DNA of 59,227 nucleotides, counting the filler. It is 6 parts of 6 records of this genome, joined end to end, with 100 filler letters (N's around TTAATTAATTAA, not from the genome) between each part and the next. Parts side by side here need not be neighbours in the genome. Positions count along the whole stretch, not along the records: positions 1 to 14,478 come from SRR31156797_3405; 5 more parts are not named here. One strand, written 5' to 3'. This document shows positions 1 through 9,784 of this stretch, in pieces. The notes under the pieces are model-generated. The model saw only the letters and a program-made list of their open reading frames with translations. It was not told the DNA's origin and did not search any database. Within the stretch, counting starts at the first letter, position 1. The number at the start of each line of letters is the position of its first letter. Made by a program: the position numbers and the translations under genes.

Positions 1-1
1 T

Positions 2-463
2 ATTCATAACCATTATCATGGTAAAAAGGCTGCTATATTCGGCGATCCAGATACAGTAATTGCATTAACTGAGCTAGTCATTTCACTAGGTATGATACCT
101 GTTCATATTTTAACAGGTACACCTGGTAAAGAGTTTGATAAGACTATCAATGAAATTCTAGACGAAGCAGGTATAGAAGGGTCAAACGTTAAGAACTTAG
201 GCGACTTGATGACACTTCATCAATGGATGAAAGAAGAGCCGGTTGATATATTAATTGGCAACACTTACGGCAAATACATTGCACGAGCAGAAGACGTGCC
301 ACTAATCAGAGTAGGTTTCCCAATACTTGACAGGGTAGGACATAGTTTCTTCCCGACAGTAGGGTATCAGGGAACAATCAGACTGATTGAGAAAATCTCC
401 ACAGCTTTCCTTGACAAATATGACAGAGAGTGTGCAGAGGAGGACTTCGAATTGGTCATGTAA
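2..463 (+). CDS. nifK: Nitrogenase MoFe protein beta chain, C-terminal fragment (5' end outside window)
   Basis: Frame is open from base 2 (…GKKAAIFGDPD…). The C-terminus DILIGNTYGKYIARAEDVPLIRVGFPILDR…GYQG…DRECAEEDFELVM closely resembles clostridial NifK. Confidence 0.88.
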   Translation: MHNHYHGKKAAIFGDPDTVIALTELVISLGMIPVHILTGTPGKEFDKTINEILDEAGIEGSNVKNLGDLMTLHQWMKEEPVDILIGNTYGKYIARAEDVPLIRVGFPILDRVGHSFFPTVGYQGTIRLIEKISTAFLDKYDRECAEEDFELVM

Positions 464-479
464 CTTATATGAAAGGAGT

Positions 480-506
480 GGCGGCATCGAAAAAGTGCCG
501 CCTTTT
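480..506 (+). terminator. GC-rich hairpin with short U-tract after nifK (attenuator or mRNA stabiliser)
   Basis: GGCGGCA (480-486) pairs with TGCCGCC (496-502), followed by TTTT. Confidence 0.6.
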
Positions 507-511
507 AAAAA

Positions 512-1627
512 ATGAAGCTTATACGCAGAACTTCAATAACATTATTATTGTTATTAACCGCATTCCTAGTAGGATGCACAGCAGAAGAGGAGCAGATTAA
601 AGAAGTAGTTGAAGAAACTAATGAGGTTGTTGAAGAAATAATCGAAGAGGATATGGATCCAATTGTAGAGATTGAGGATATGTCGGGCAGAACTGTAGAA
701 ATACCTAGTGAGATAAACACAGTATTTGGTTCAAACAACAATTCATCAATAATACTATATACCTTAACATCAGATAAAATGGTTGGATGGAATCTTGATT
801 TTAGTGATAAGGCAAAACAATATCTAAAGCAGGAAACAATTGACTTACCAGTATTAGGTAATTTGTACGGCAATGGTAAACAGGCAAATATTGAGGAAAT
901 CATTGCTTTAAACCCTGATATTGTGCTGCTGACTGATGTAAAAATCAGTGATAAAGTAGTAGAAGCTGCTGACGATTTGCAGAGCAAGCTGGGAATACCG
1001 GTTGTTGTAGTTCATGCGAATTTACACAATTTTGATGAAGCATATGAGTTCTTAGGCGAGGTAATAGGCGCAGAGGAAAAAGCTGATGAATTATCGCAGT
1101 ACTACAAGGCAGTGTATGACAAGGCTGTTGAAATCAGTGTAACTATAGAGGAAAAGACGGAAATATACTATGCTAGAATGGACAATGGATTGACTACTGA
1201 ATTCACAGGCTCGTCCAATGCTGAATTAATTGAATTAGTAGGTGGTATAAATATTGCTCAAGTTGATGGGGGAGGTTCTAGCGGTGAAGTTACTATTGAG
1301 CAGGTACTGGAATGGAACCCAGAGGTAATATTGGTGGGACACAAGGGTGCTGCTATGAGTAAGGCGTATGATTTGATTTTGACTGATGAAATCTGGGCAG
1401 AAATAGATGCGGTCAAAGAAGGTAATGTTATAAGCGTTCCTCGATTCCCATTCAACTGGTTTGACAGACCACCATCAGTTAATAGAATTCTAGGAATCAT
1501 GTGGTTAGGCAATGAGTTGTATCCTGATGAATATGATTATGATATAAATACAGAAGTAAAGGAATTCTTTACACTGTTTTATGGCTGTGAACTTACTGAT
1601 GAAGACGTAGAAAAACTAATAGGATAA
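512..1627 (+). CDS. Type II ABC importer substrate-binding lipoprotein (FecB/BtuF/TroA-like; metal, metal-chelate or oxyanion)
   Basis: Lipobox LVGC; EDMSGRTVEIP; NIEEIIALNPD; PFNWFDRPPSVNRILGIMWL motif. Confidence 0.85.
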   Translation: MKLIRRTSITLLLLLTAFLVGCTAEEEQIKEVVEETNEVVEEIIEEDMDPIVEIEDMSGRTVEIPSEINTVFGSNNNSSIILYTLTSDKMVGWNLDFSDKAKQYLKQETIDLPVLGNLYGNGKQANIEEIIALNPDIVLLTDVKISDKVVEAADDLQSKLGIPVVVVHANLHNFDEAYEFLGEVIGAEEKADELSQYYKAVYDKAVEISVTIEEKTEIYYARMDNGLTTEFTGSSNAELIELVGGINIAQVDGGGSSGEVTIEQVLEWNPEVILVGHKGAAMSKAYDLILTDEIWAEIDAVKEGNVISVPRFPFNWFDRPPSVNRILGIMWLGNELYPDEYDYDINTEVKEFFTLFYGCELTDEDVEKLIG

Positions 1628-1632
1628 TAAAA

Positions 1633-2643
1633 ATGACAGAAAATAAGAGAGACAACAAAATAATAATTCTCTATCTAATAATGATTGTTTTGATTGTTGT
1701 TTCTCTTTACTTAGGGAGATATGAAATACCTATAAAAGATGTGTTTCGTACAGCAATAAATAAGAGCTACGCTAAAGCTAACCTAACTATTGCCCATAAT
1801 ATAATATATAAAGTAAGACTGCCCAGAGTACTGGCTTCAGTGCTATTGGGCAGTGCCCTAGCGGCAGCAGGTGCAAGTTATCAGGGAATATTTAAAAATC
1901 CTATGGTATCTCCGTCTTTGCTAGGTGTTTCCTCAGGTGCTGGCTTTGGGGCAGGAGTTGCAATACTACTTGGCTTTGGAGCAGGAGCAATACAAGGTCT
2001 GGCATTTACCTTTGGCTTAATAGCAGTCGGAATAGTATATTTTTTCAGCAGGTTTGTATCAAAAAAAATGGACAGAACACTGACACTAATTTTGACTGGT
2101 GTAGTTGTAAGCTCAACATTCACATCCCTGATATCACTATTAAAGTACATAGGTGATCCATATGATGATCTCCCGGAAATAACTTTTTGGTTGCTTGGTT
2201 CTGTTGCAGATGTAAGCAGCAAGGATGTAATAATTGTAGCTGTACCTGTTGTGATTGGATTAATAGGATTGTATTTAATACGATGGAAAATAAATCTTAT
2301 GACTTTGGATGATGAGGAGGCAATGTCACTAGGGCTTGAGACTAATAAACTTAGCGGAGTGATAATCCTGCTTTCAACTGTAATTACGGCGTCAGTAGTC
2401 TCAATCAGCGGAATGATATCTTGGGTAGGGCTTATTGTGCCACACATTGCCAGAATGATAGTTGGTACTGATTATAAACGTCTTATTCCTGCGTCAATTG
2501 CAATTGGAGCGATATTTATGCTGATACTTGATAATATATCAAGGGTAAGCTTTGCAGCTGAAATACCTCTTGGAATATTGACTGCACTGGTTGGAACACC
2601 TTTTTTCCTATATTTGATGACAAAGGGAAAAAGAAGCTGGTAG
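1633..2643 (+). CDS. FecCD/BtuC-family ABC permease
   Basis: VRLPRVL, FKNPMVSPSLLGVSSGA, EAMSLG, GMISWVGLIVPHIAR, EIPLGILTALVGTPFF. Confidence 0.92.
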   Translation: MTENKRDNKIIILYLIMIVLIVVSLYLGRYEIPIKDVFRTAINKSYAKANLTIAHNIIYKVRLPRVLASVLLGSALAAAGASYQGIFKNPMVSPSLLGVSSGAGFGAGVAILLGFGAGAIQGLAFTFGLIAVGIVYFFSRFVSKKMDRTLTLILTGVVVSSTFTSLISLLKYIGDPYDDLPEITFWLLGSVADVSSKDVIIVAVPVVIGLIGLYLIRWKINLMTLDDEEAMSLGLETNKLSGVIILLSTVITASVVSISGMISWVGLIVPHIARMIVGTDYKRLIPASIAIGAIFMLILDNISRVSFAAEIPLGILTALVGTPFFLYLMTKGKRSW

Positions 2644-2655
2644 AAAGGGTAGCGT

Positions 2656-3423
2656 ATGTTATTAGAATTAGATAATATAAGTGTTAGCTTTGGCAGTAAA
2701 TCAGTACTTAAAGGTATTGATTTAAGTGTAAATCAAGGCGAGATATATGCAATCTTAGGGAGTAATGGTGCTGGAAAAACCACATTATTTAGAACTATTA
2801 TGGGATTCATGAAACCTGATAGCGGCAAAGTACTGATTAAAGGTAAGGATGTAAACCGCTTAACCAAAAAGCAATTTTCCAGATTGGCTGCTTATGTACC
2901 ACAATGTCATAATTGTACATTTTCCTTTCCTGTAATTGATATAGTTGTGATGGGGTGTAACCCCAATATAGGAGCTTTTTGTGAACCAAACTCAAAGCAT
3001 TATAAGGCAGCGCATAAAGCACTCCAAAAGCTAAATATTGAGCACTTAGCCAATAGAAAGTTCAAGAAATTATCTGGCGGAGAAAAGCAATTGGTACTCA
3101 TAGCCAGAGCATTGGCGCAAAATCCTAGATTAATTATTATGGATGAGCCTACAGCCAGCCTTGATTTCAATAATTCTATTAATGTTCTATCTCAGATAAT
3201 AAAACTGAAAGATGATAATCTGTCCTTATTGGTTACTTGTCATTCTCCAACACAGGCTAGGGCATTTGCAGATAGAGTTCTTATGATAAAAAACGGTACA
3301 GTATATCAAAATGAGGATGTTTCTATACTGGATAATCAGGATGTACTGCATGATTTGTATTGTATAGAAATGGACAATATTGAGGACGAGAGAATACGTG
3401 AATTTATTACAAAGTCAGCGTAG
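2656..3423 (+). CDS. ABC transporter ATP-binding protein (FecE/BtuD type)
   Basis: Walker A GSNGAGKT, signature LSGGE, Walker B IMDEPT, H-loop TCH. Confidence 0.93.
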   Translation: MLLELDNISVSFGSKSVLKGIDLSVNQGEIYAILGSNGAGKTTLFRTIMGFMKPDSGKVLIKGKDVNRLTKKQFSRLAAYVPQCHNCTFSFPVIDIVVMGCNPNIGAFCEPNSKHYKAAHKALQKLNIEHLANRKFKKLSGGEKQLVLIARALAQNPRLIIMDEPTASLDFNNSINVLSQIIKLKDDNLSLLVTCHSPTQARAFADRVLMIKNGTVYQNEDVSILDNQDVLHDLYCIEMDNIEDERIREFITKSA

Positions 3424-3512
3424 AGATAAAGAAAGTATAAAATACAAATTATTAATATTACTGCAATATGAAAGCAGCTATTGAAATTAAATAATACTAT
3501 AAGGAGGACAAC

Positions 3513-3818
3513 ATGGATAAACCCAAATATCATATTTTTGTATGTAGCAGTGCTAGGCTCAATGGACCAGTTCAGGGAGTTTGCCACAAAAAGGAATCAT
3601 ACGAAATATTACAGAATTTTGTTGAGGAAGTAAATGACAGAGACTTAGACAGTGAAGCAATGGTATCCCATATGGGATGTGTTGGTTTATGTTCAATGGG
3701 ACCAGTCGTTATGATATATCCACAACAGACGTGGTATGGAAATGTTACACCAGATGATGTTGAGGATATTATGGATGCTCTGGAAGAGGGCGAAGTGGTA
3801 GAGAGACTGGTAATATAA
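3513..3818 (+). CDS. Thioredoxin-like [2Fe-2S] ferredoxin (Clostridium pasteurianum 2Fe-Fd type, nif-associated)
   Basis: HIFVC…C…GCVGLCSMGPVVMIYP…WYGNVT; AAGGAGG RBS upstream. Confidence 0.9.
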   Translation: MDKPKYHIFVCSSARLNGPVQGVCHKKESYEILQNFVEEVNDRDLDSEAMVSHMGCVGLCSMGPVVMIYPQQTWYGNVTPDDVEDIMDALEEGEVVERLVI

Positions 3819-3863
3819 AAAAATACACCATATAACTATTTCAGCTATATGGTGTATTTTTTT
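3817..3863. terminator. Bidirectional rho-independent terminator
   Basis: AAAAAAATACACCATATA…TATATGGTGTATTTTTTT perfect inverted repeat between convergent genes. Confidence 0.85.
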
Positions 3864-4001
3864 GTTAATTTGATTTTATGACTATATTATGATTTATTAG
3901 ATAATTGTCAACAAATCGATTCCGCAACAGTCTCATATACGAATAAAACAGCATTGACTAACATAAACCAACGTAGTTTATTGTTTGTTATTTACTTTTT
4001 A

Positions 4002-5432
4002 TTATGAAGCATTATTAGTAACAATCTCAGGCAGTGCATCCCATCCCATGATTTCGCAAATCGTTGCTGGTATATCGCAGATATGCTCAACTTCTGCGAA
4101 TTCTTCAGCATATGGACCGGTAACATATAGTGGCACATCCTGGAAAGAGTGGCCTCTGGATGTAGGAGCAATGTCAATGCGATGACCGACTTCAAGAGCA
4201 ATCAGAGCATATATATCACGCCTGTTTTCCTCATCTGTTTCCCATGTTTCACTATTTGCAATATACAGTTTCTTGGATAATTGGCTAGATGAAATGTATA
4301 CATCCCATCGGTTTATTAAGAAATTATATGTTTCCGCAGCCGTGCCATTATATTCAAAGTCATCCTTTGTATAGAATTCTTTTAGCTTATCCTCATCATA
4401 AGAGTATTTTCCCGTTTCATGGTCAGCAGTCAATATTATTAGAGTTTCATCAGGATGTTCATTATAGAAATCTAATACTGCACCAACTGTTCTGTTGAGC
4501 AGTTCTATCTGACATAAAGTGGCATATTCGTTACCATTGTGTACTGTCTTGTCAATAAACGCTTCCTCTATCATCATCACAAATCCCTCGTTATCCTGTG
4601 AAAGGGCATTGATACCAGCGTTTGTCATGTTTACTAGAGTAGGGGTATACTGATGTTCTTCTGCTTTGTAGATGGAGTGCTGTTCTATTTCATAGGGCAT
4701 ACGTTCATATGAGAATATTCCTATGGACTTAGTTGGTATTAAACTGTCATTATCCAACTGCTCAAGTAATAGCTTACCGCCATCCATTGCTAAGAATGAT
4801 GTATAGCCCATATCCTCCAAAGTGTCAATTGTCGGCATACGAGATTGATTTTTTACTGTATTGCCGCTGGAATCCTGATAATTAATTTCTTCAAGTCTGT
4901 TATAGGGTACCATTTTCCATACACCGCCGCCCATAATAAAGTCAACGTTTGATGTAGGAATTTCTTTCATTATTTCTCCGACAGTGCCTCTGTAATTGGT
5001 GTGAGACAAAAATGTAGCTGGTGTGGCATCATATATATATGAATTTGTTATTACACCTGTAGCAAAGTCATTATCACTTGCTCTGTCCATTATAGTATAT
5101 AGGTCTTCATTTTCTGATGTAACAGATATTCTATCTGCTTTTGTAGGCAAATAACCAGTTGCTAATGCAGTTCCGCCGCTGGCAGATTCGTTGCAAGCAT
5201 TAATAATATAGTATTGACTGAATGACTCCCAGTTTGCTCCATTATTCATATCGCCATTTGCAATTCTAGAATATATCGATCCAAGTGCGGCGTGTGAAAC
5301 TCCAAATCCATCACCGATTATAATAAAGATATATTTTGGTTTGCCTGTAGTATCTGTTTTGCCTGCCATAGCAGTATCTGTAAACGAAAACAACAACATT
5401 ACTACAAGAATTAATAGAAGTGTTTTTTTCAT
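4002..5432 (-). CDS. Secreted alkaline phosphatase (PhoA family)
   Basis: Signal peptide; IIGDGFG; ESASGGTALATG (nucleophile Ser); DATPATFLSH; IDKTVH; LTADHETG; GH near the C-terminus. Confidence 0.88.
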   Translation of the reverse strand: MKKTLLLILVVMLLFSFTDTAMAGKTDTTGKPKYIFIIIGDGFGVSHAALGSIYSRIANGDMNNGANWESFSQYYIINACNESASGGTALATGYLPTKADRISVTSENEDLYTIMDRASDNDFATGVITNSYIYDATPATFLSHTNYRGTVGEIMKEIPTSNVDFIMGGGVWKMVPYNRLEEINYQDSSGNTVKNQSRMPTIDTLEDMGYTSFLAMDGGKLLLEQLDNDSLIPTKSIGIFSYERMPYEIEQHSIYKAEEHQYTPTLVNMTNAGINALSQDNEGFVMMIEEAFIDKTVHNGNEYATLCQIELLNRTVGAVLDFYNEHPDETLIILTADHETGKYSYDEDKLKEFYTKDDFEYNGTAAETYNFLINRWDVYISSSQLSKKLYIANSETWETDEENRRDIYALIALEVGHRIDIAPTSRGHSFQDVPLYVTGPYAEEFAEVEHICDIPATICEIMGWDALPEIVTNNAS

Positions 5433-5833
5433 ATTCCCTCCTAGATTTTCATCTCACTCTAACATAATGAAAAGGAAATATCTCAATATGAATAGAAAAA
5501 TAATAGGGATTTTACAGATGTATATTATTCATTAAATGTATTTTACAGCTATTTAATATCTAGTGTTAGCTTTGGGTAATATGAAATATATGCAAGATAT
5601 AATCATGTGCCTTTATGGCACTCTGAGAGAAGAAGTGCATTAAATAGTTTTTTTCTGTTGTGGAGAGATAGTACATGAATCCTAGATAGCTTTAGCTCGA
5701 TACCGGTTTTTTAAGTGATAATTTGATGTTATATTTTGTAGTTTACATCAATCCTTAAAGATAACAATAGATTTGTAATTTACAAATGCTTTATACAGTA
5801 AATTATAATAGTATATAATAACGATAAATGAAA

Positions 5834-7096
5834 CTACTCGGTAAAAATCGTGACTCCCTCAATATCATAACATGTTCCCCAGCTATCTTTGCTGAATGCA
5901 TCCAAGTCAACTGTAACATTCTTAATTCTGTCCATTTTTGTACTAGATACATTTAGCTCAATATATGTTAATGTTGTCGTACCTGATAAGACATCGATAA
6001 ATGAAAGACAGTCTTTACTTTTTTTATTGACTATCATGTTTTCTACACCTAACCAGTAATCGTACTCAGATTTATTTTCCATGGCTAAATATACACAAAC
6101 ACCATAAATGCCATCATTGACTATTCCTAATGAATATATGTCAAATGTTTCGTCTTGATATACCAAATCGCCTGAAATATCAATTTCATCACTTCTTGTT
6201 TCCATCTCCTTAGCAGATAGTATATTTCCCTCACTATCCATATATATCATGTCAGTATCTAGTACAGCTTCCATACTTATACTCTCAAATATGTGAAAAT
6301 ATAGTTCAAAAGCATCTATCCCTGATATACTATCTATTCCCACTGTATTTAGGTCTTTCTCGTTTAATTCAATTCTATCATAAATAACCTTGCCCGATGC
6401 TAAATTGCATGACATAATGCTGTTTATTATATAGTTATTTATAGTTAAAGCCCTATCCTGTATAGTTACTGTATCGTCGCTTCTGTTTTCCATATATAAT
6501 TCTATACACGTACTATCGTAATCATCCACTGCTAATCCCAAAAATAATATAGTAAAATCATCGTCTTCATACATTATACTGCCGCTAGGAGCAACTGGTT
6601 CTTCGTACATATCTATTGCGGATGTTTCTATCGTTATAGGCTCTGATACCGAAATATTATCATAAGTATTCCTTTCACTTATAGATATCTGCACGTCCAG
6701 CTTAGCAATAACGTCCATATCGTACTTTTCCAGTTCATCTATACTGATAAATATTTCATCTGTTTTGGTTGTGTTATTATTAACTCTTGCATATAGTACA
6801 GCATCTATTATAATGCCATTTACAGACACGTACTCTGTCATAATAGTAACATCCTTATCTGTATTATTCTCTATATACGTAATTATTCCAACACCATAAT
6901 CACCATAGTATGTGATGTCAGTTGCCTGGACCAGATATCCCCCCTCATCTATTAACACAGTATCATCTATGGATGCTTGTACTAGGGGCGATTCTGCTTT
7001 GGTATACTGATGCAATAGCTCATATATCATCTGATTACATCCAGTAGTAGTAAATATTAACATAATTATTATTAGTATTAGTATAGTGTTCTTCAT
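5834..7096 (-). CDS. Hypothetical acidic lipoprotein with three internal repeat domains
   Basis: Lipobox TTGC; three units of about 120-130 aa sharing a (Y/A)(I/M)EN(N/R/K)(T/S)…(V/I)N pattern. Confidence 0.75.
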   Translation of the reverse strand: MKNTILILIIIMLIFTTTGCNQMIYELLHQYTKAESPLVQASIDDTVLIDEGGYLVQATDITYYGDYGVGIITYIENNTDKDVTIMTEYVSVNGIIIDAVLYARVNNNTTKTDEIFISIDELEKYDMDVIAKLDVQISISERNTYDNISVSEPITIETSAIDMYEEPVAPSGSIMYEDDDFTILFLGLAVDDYDSTCIELYMENRSDDTVTIQDRALTINNYIINSIMSCNLASGKVIYDRIELNEKDLNTVGIDSISGIDAFELYFHIFESISMEAVLDTDMIYMDSEGNILSAKEMETRSDEIDISGDLVYQDETFDIYSLGIVNDGIYGVCVYLAMENKSEYDYWLGVENMIVNKKSKDCLSFIDVLSGTTTLTYIELNVSSTKMDRIKNVTVDLDAFSKDSWGTCYDIEGVTIFTE

Positions 7097-7319
7097 TAAT
7101 CTCTTCCATCCTATTAATATATTAATATATTAATATTATTTGATGATTACAAATCAAATAATATTTTACCATATTTTAGCTGTATATAGGTAAAATAGAT
7201 AAAAGTTCTATAAAGCATATAAACTGCCTTATAATATTTTGAATTATAAATAGTTGTGTACAAATAGTAAATGAATTGCAGAAAAAGCTTCATTAAGTCG
7301 TTCTTTTCTAAAAGCGTCG

Positions 7320-7356
7320 AAAAACCTCATTATCATAAATAAGATAATGAGGTTTC
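7320..7356 (-). terminator. Rho-independent terminator downstream of leuA
   Basis: AAACCTCATTATC / GATAATGAGGTTT inverted repeat. Confidence 0.7.
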
Positions 7357-7401
7357 TTGATAGATTTAGTACAAGAAAAATTCTTGTGTTTTTATTCTTT
7401 A

Positions 7402-9060
7402 TTATTTCTTTGAATCAATTAGTCTTAAGCTGGATAGAATAGCCTTTATTGATGCACTGTCAATGTTGCTGTCTACTCCTACACCATAGTGCTTGCCATG
7501 GTCACAAGTTACTTCTACATAGGCAATTGCTTCTGCATCAGCGCCCATACCAAGGGTATGCTCACTATAATCCGAAATGCTGCAGCTTTTGAACCCTGAT
7601 TCCTTCAACCCGTGGAAAAATGCCGAAATAGGACCGTTTCCTACTCCAATAACATTCATTATCTTGCCGCTTATCGTTACTTCTGCGTCAATTTTTACGT
7701 TGCCGTCTGCTGTAGAATATACTGCATACTTACCCAATGAATAATCATCGTTTTTTGGAATATAAACATCGTTAAATATTGCGAATATCTCGTTTGGAGA
7801 GAGCTCTGTTCCCTTATCGTCCGTGTTCTTTTGTACAAATTTTGAGAACTCGGGGTGCATTGCTTTTGGCAGCTTATAACCTTTGAAAGTCTCCATAATA
7901 TATGCTACTCCTCCTTTACCGGACTGAGAATTAATCCGTATTATTGGCTTATAATTCCTTCCTATATCCTGAGGATCTATTGGCAGATATGGAACTTCCC
8001 AGATTTCATCATCCTGTTCCTCGTAGGCTATCAGTCCCTTTCGAATTGCATCCTGGTGGGAGCCTGAAAATGCTGTATATACCAATTCACCTACATATGG
8101 ATGACGCTCATGCACGTTCATACCAGTGAACTTTTGATAATTATTAATAAGATTATCAATATTGTTTATATTCACTTCAGGATCGACACCTTGTGAATAT
8201 AAATTCAGCGCAAGTGTCAAAATATCCACATTTCCCGTACGTTCGCCATTACCGAAGAGAGTACCTTCCACTCTGTCAGCACCTGCAAGCATAGCAAGCT
8301 CTGCAGTAGCAACTGCTGTACCTCTGTCATTATGAGGATGAACTGAGATAATAAGACTTTCTCTGTTTTTAATATGTGTACAGAAGTATTCCACCTGATC
8401 AGCAAATACATTTGGTGTAGCTACCTCAACAGTTGTTGGAAGATTTATTATAACCTTATTATCTGGTGTTGGCTGCCAAACATCAATCACAGCTTCGCAG
8501 ATTTCGATTGCATATTCCATCTCTGTACCGTGGAAAGATTCAGGCGAATATTCAAATGTAAAGTCTGTTTCGGTATTCTCTTTTGCTAATTCCTTAACAA
8601 GGGCAGCGCCTTTTACTGCAATATCAATAATCTCCTGTTTACTCATTTTGAACACAACTTCTCTTTGCTTTACAGAAGTAGAATTATATAGATGAACTAC
8701 AGCTTTTTTTGCTCCCTTTAATGCATCAAATGTCTTTCTGATTAGATGTTCTCTGGATTGTGTCAGTACCTGAATATTAACATCATCAGGTACCAGCTTA
8801 TTTTCAATCAGTTCTCTGGCAAAGATGAATTCAGTTTCAGATGCTGATGGGAAACCAATCTCAATATCCTTATATCCGATATCAAGGAGTATATTCCAGA
8901 ATAATAGTTTCTTCTCGACATTCATAGGCACTGGTAATGCCTGATTGCCGTCTCTGAGGTCAACACTACACCAGATTGGTGCTTTTTCTAGTTTCTTACT
9001 AGGCCAGGTTCTATTCTCTAGACTGATGTCGTCATGCGAAATATACTTTTTAAAATTCAT
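7402..9060 (-). CDS. leuA: 2-isopropylmalate synthase (yeast/actinobacterial-type LeuA)
   Basis: WCSVDLRDGNQAL, HPHNDRG, GNGERTGNVD, AFSGSHQDAI, RINSQSGKGG; C-terminal regulatory domain GNGPISAF. Confidence 0.96.
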   Translation of the reverse strand: MNFKKYISHDDISLENRTWPSKKLEKAPIWCSVDLRDGNQALPVPMNVEKKLLFWNILLDIGYKDIEIGFPSASETEFIFARELIENKLVPDDVNIQVLTQSREHLIRKTFDALKGAKKAVVHLYNSTSVKQREVVFKMSKQEIIDIAVKGAALVKELAKENTETDFTFEYSPESFHGTEMEYAIEICEAVIDVWQPTPDNKVIINLPTTVEVATPNVFADQVEYFCTHIKNRESLIISVHPHNDRGTAVATAELAMLAGADRVEGTLFGNGERTGNVDILTLALNLYSQGVDPEVNINNIDNLINNYQKFTGMNVHERHPYVGELVYTAFSGSHQDAIRKGLIAYEEQDDEIWEVPYLPIDPQDIGRNYKPIIRINSQSGKGGVAYIMETFKGYKLPKAMHPEFSKFVQKNTDDKGTELSPNEIFAIFNDVYIPKNDDYSLGKYAVYSTADGNVKIDAEVTISGKIMNVIGVGNGPISAFFHGLKESGFKSCSISDYSEHTLGMGADAEAIAYVEVTCDHGKHYGVGVDSNIDSASIKAILSSLRLIDSKK

Positions 9061-9231
9061 TTTTAACTCCTTTGTTAGTATTGAATATTTTCTTTTTTGT
9101 TGTCGATTTAATTATTACTATGATTCTTATAGTTATATCATCAAAATTAGTGAACTTTTTTGTTAGTATATGTGTACAAACTGATGGGTTTTCACTTAGT
9201 AAGATAAGCATATACATTTATAAATTAATGC

Positions 9232-9488
9232 AAAATAAAAACCCATCATCTCTATCGTAAGAGACGAAAGGTTACTTCCGCGGTACCACTCAAATTTGCA
9301 TTATATGCACGCTCATTTAACAAACTAACATTTGTTTACTTCTATAACGTGAAGATCCGTCTTTAACTACTACTATTTCGAAAAAGCTACTCCAGTGCTA
9401 GTTCATCATATATTGATTTCTGCATTTCACCACAACTGCAGCTCTCTATGAATCAAGTTCTATGACTAGTACTCACTATCATTGTATT
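9232..9488 (-). ncRNA. T-box riboswitch leader of leuA
   Basis: Minus strand: stem I with AGAGA and GGTG motifs and specifier loop GAA-CTA-G; stem II (GAAA/AGTAG); CGTTA motif; T-box GAGTGGTACCGCGG (9278-9291); then a terminator ending GATGGGTTTTTATTTT. Confidence 0.92.
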
Positions 9489-9508
9489 TATCATTTTTTG
9501 TTGTGCAC

Positions 9509-9537
9509 ATAATACACTAATATAATTATTCTGTCAA
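9509..9537 (-). promoter_or_regulatory. SigA promoter of the T-box/leuA transcript
   Basis: TTGACA-N17-TATTAT on the minus strand just upstream of stem I. Confidence 0.75.
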
Positions 9538-9714
9538 TAGTAAATAATTAATTATTGAGATTTTTTATATTAAATAGCAATACTTTTTTGTCTTTTGAAT
9601 ATTTCTGCATCAGAGCTAAATTGATTTAGTATATAAATCACACAGCTTTTACCTATCATGTCTGACTATTGCTAATACTGTTGTAATATCCACTATGCAA
9701 CTAACAAAATATTA

Positions 9715-9723
9715 TGTTATAAT
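9715..9723 (+). promoter_or_regulatory. Extended -10 promoter candidate for the ExbB/ExbD-like operon
   Basis: TG-T-TATAAT about 60 bp upstream of the ATG; -35 is weak and the region is AT-rich. Confidence 0.4.
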
Positions 9724-9784
9724 TATATAAAATAGACTAAGATATAGAAATAATCGATTTAAAATACACTTTTTGGAGATTGAA

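Noticed and set aside
5433-5833. Possible riboswitch or small RNA upstream of the phosphatase (short GTGCC/GGCAC hairpin, GGAGAGA)
   Set aside because: No complete known aptamer or terminator architecture could be built by eye.
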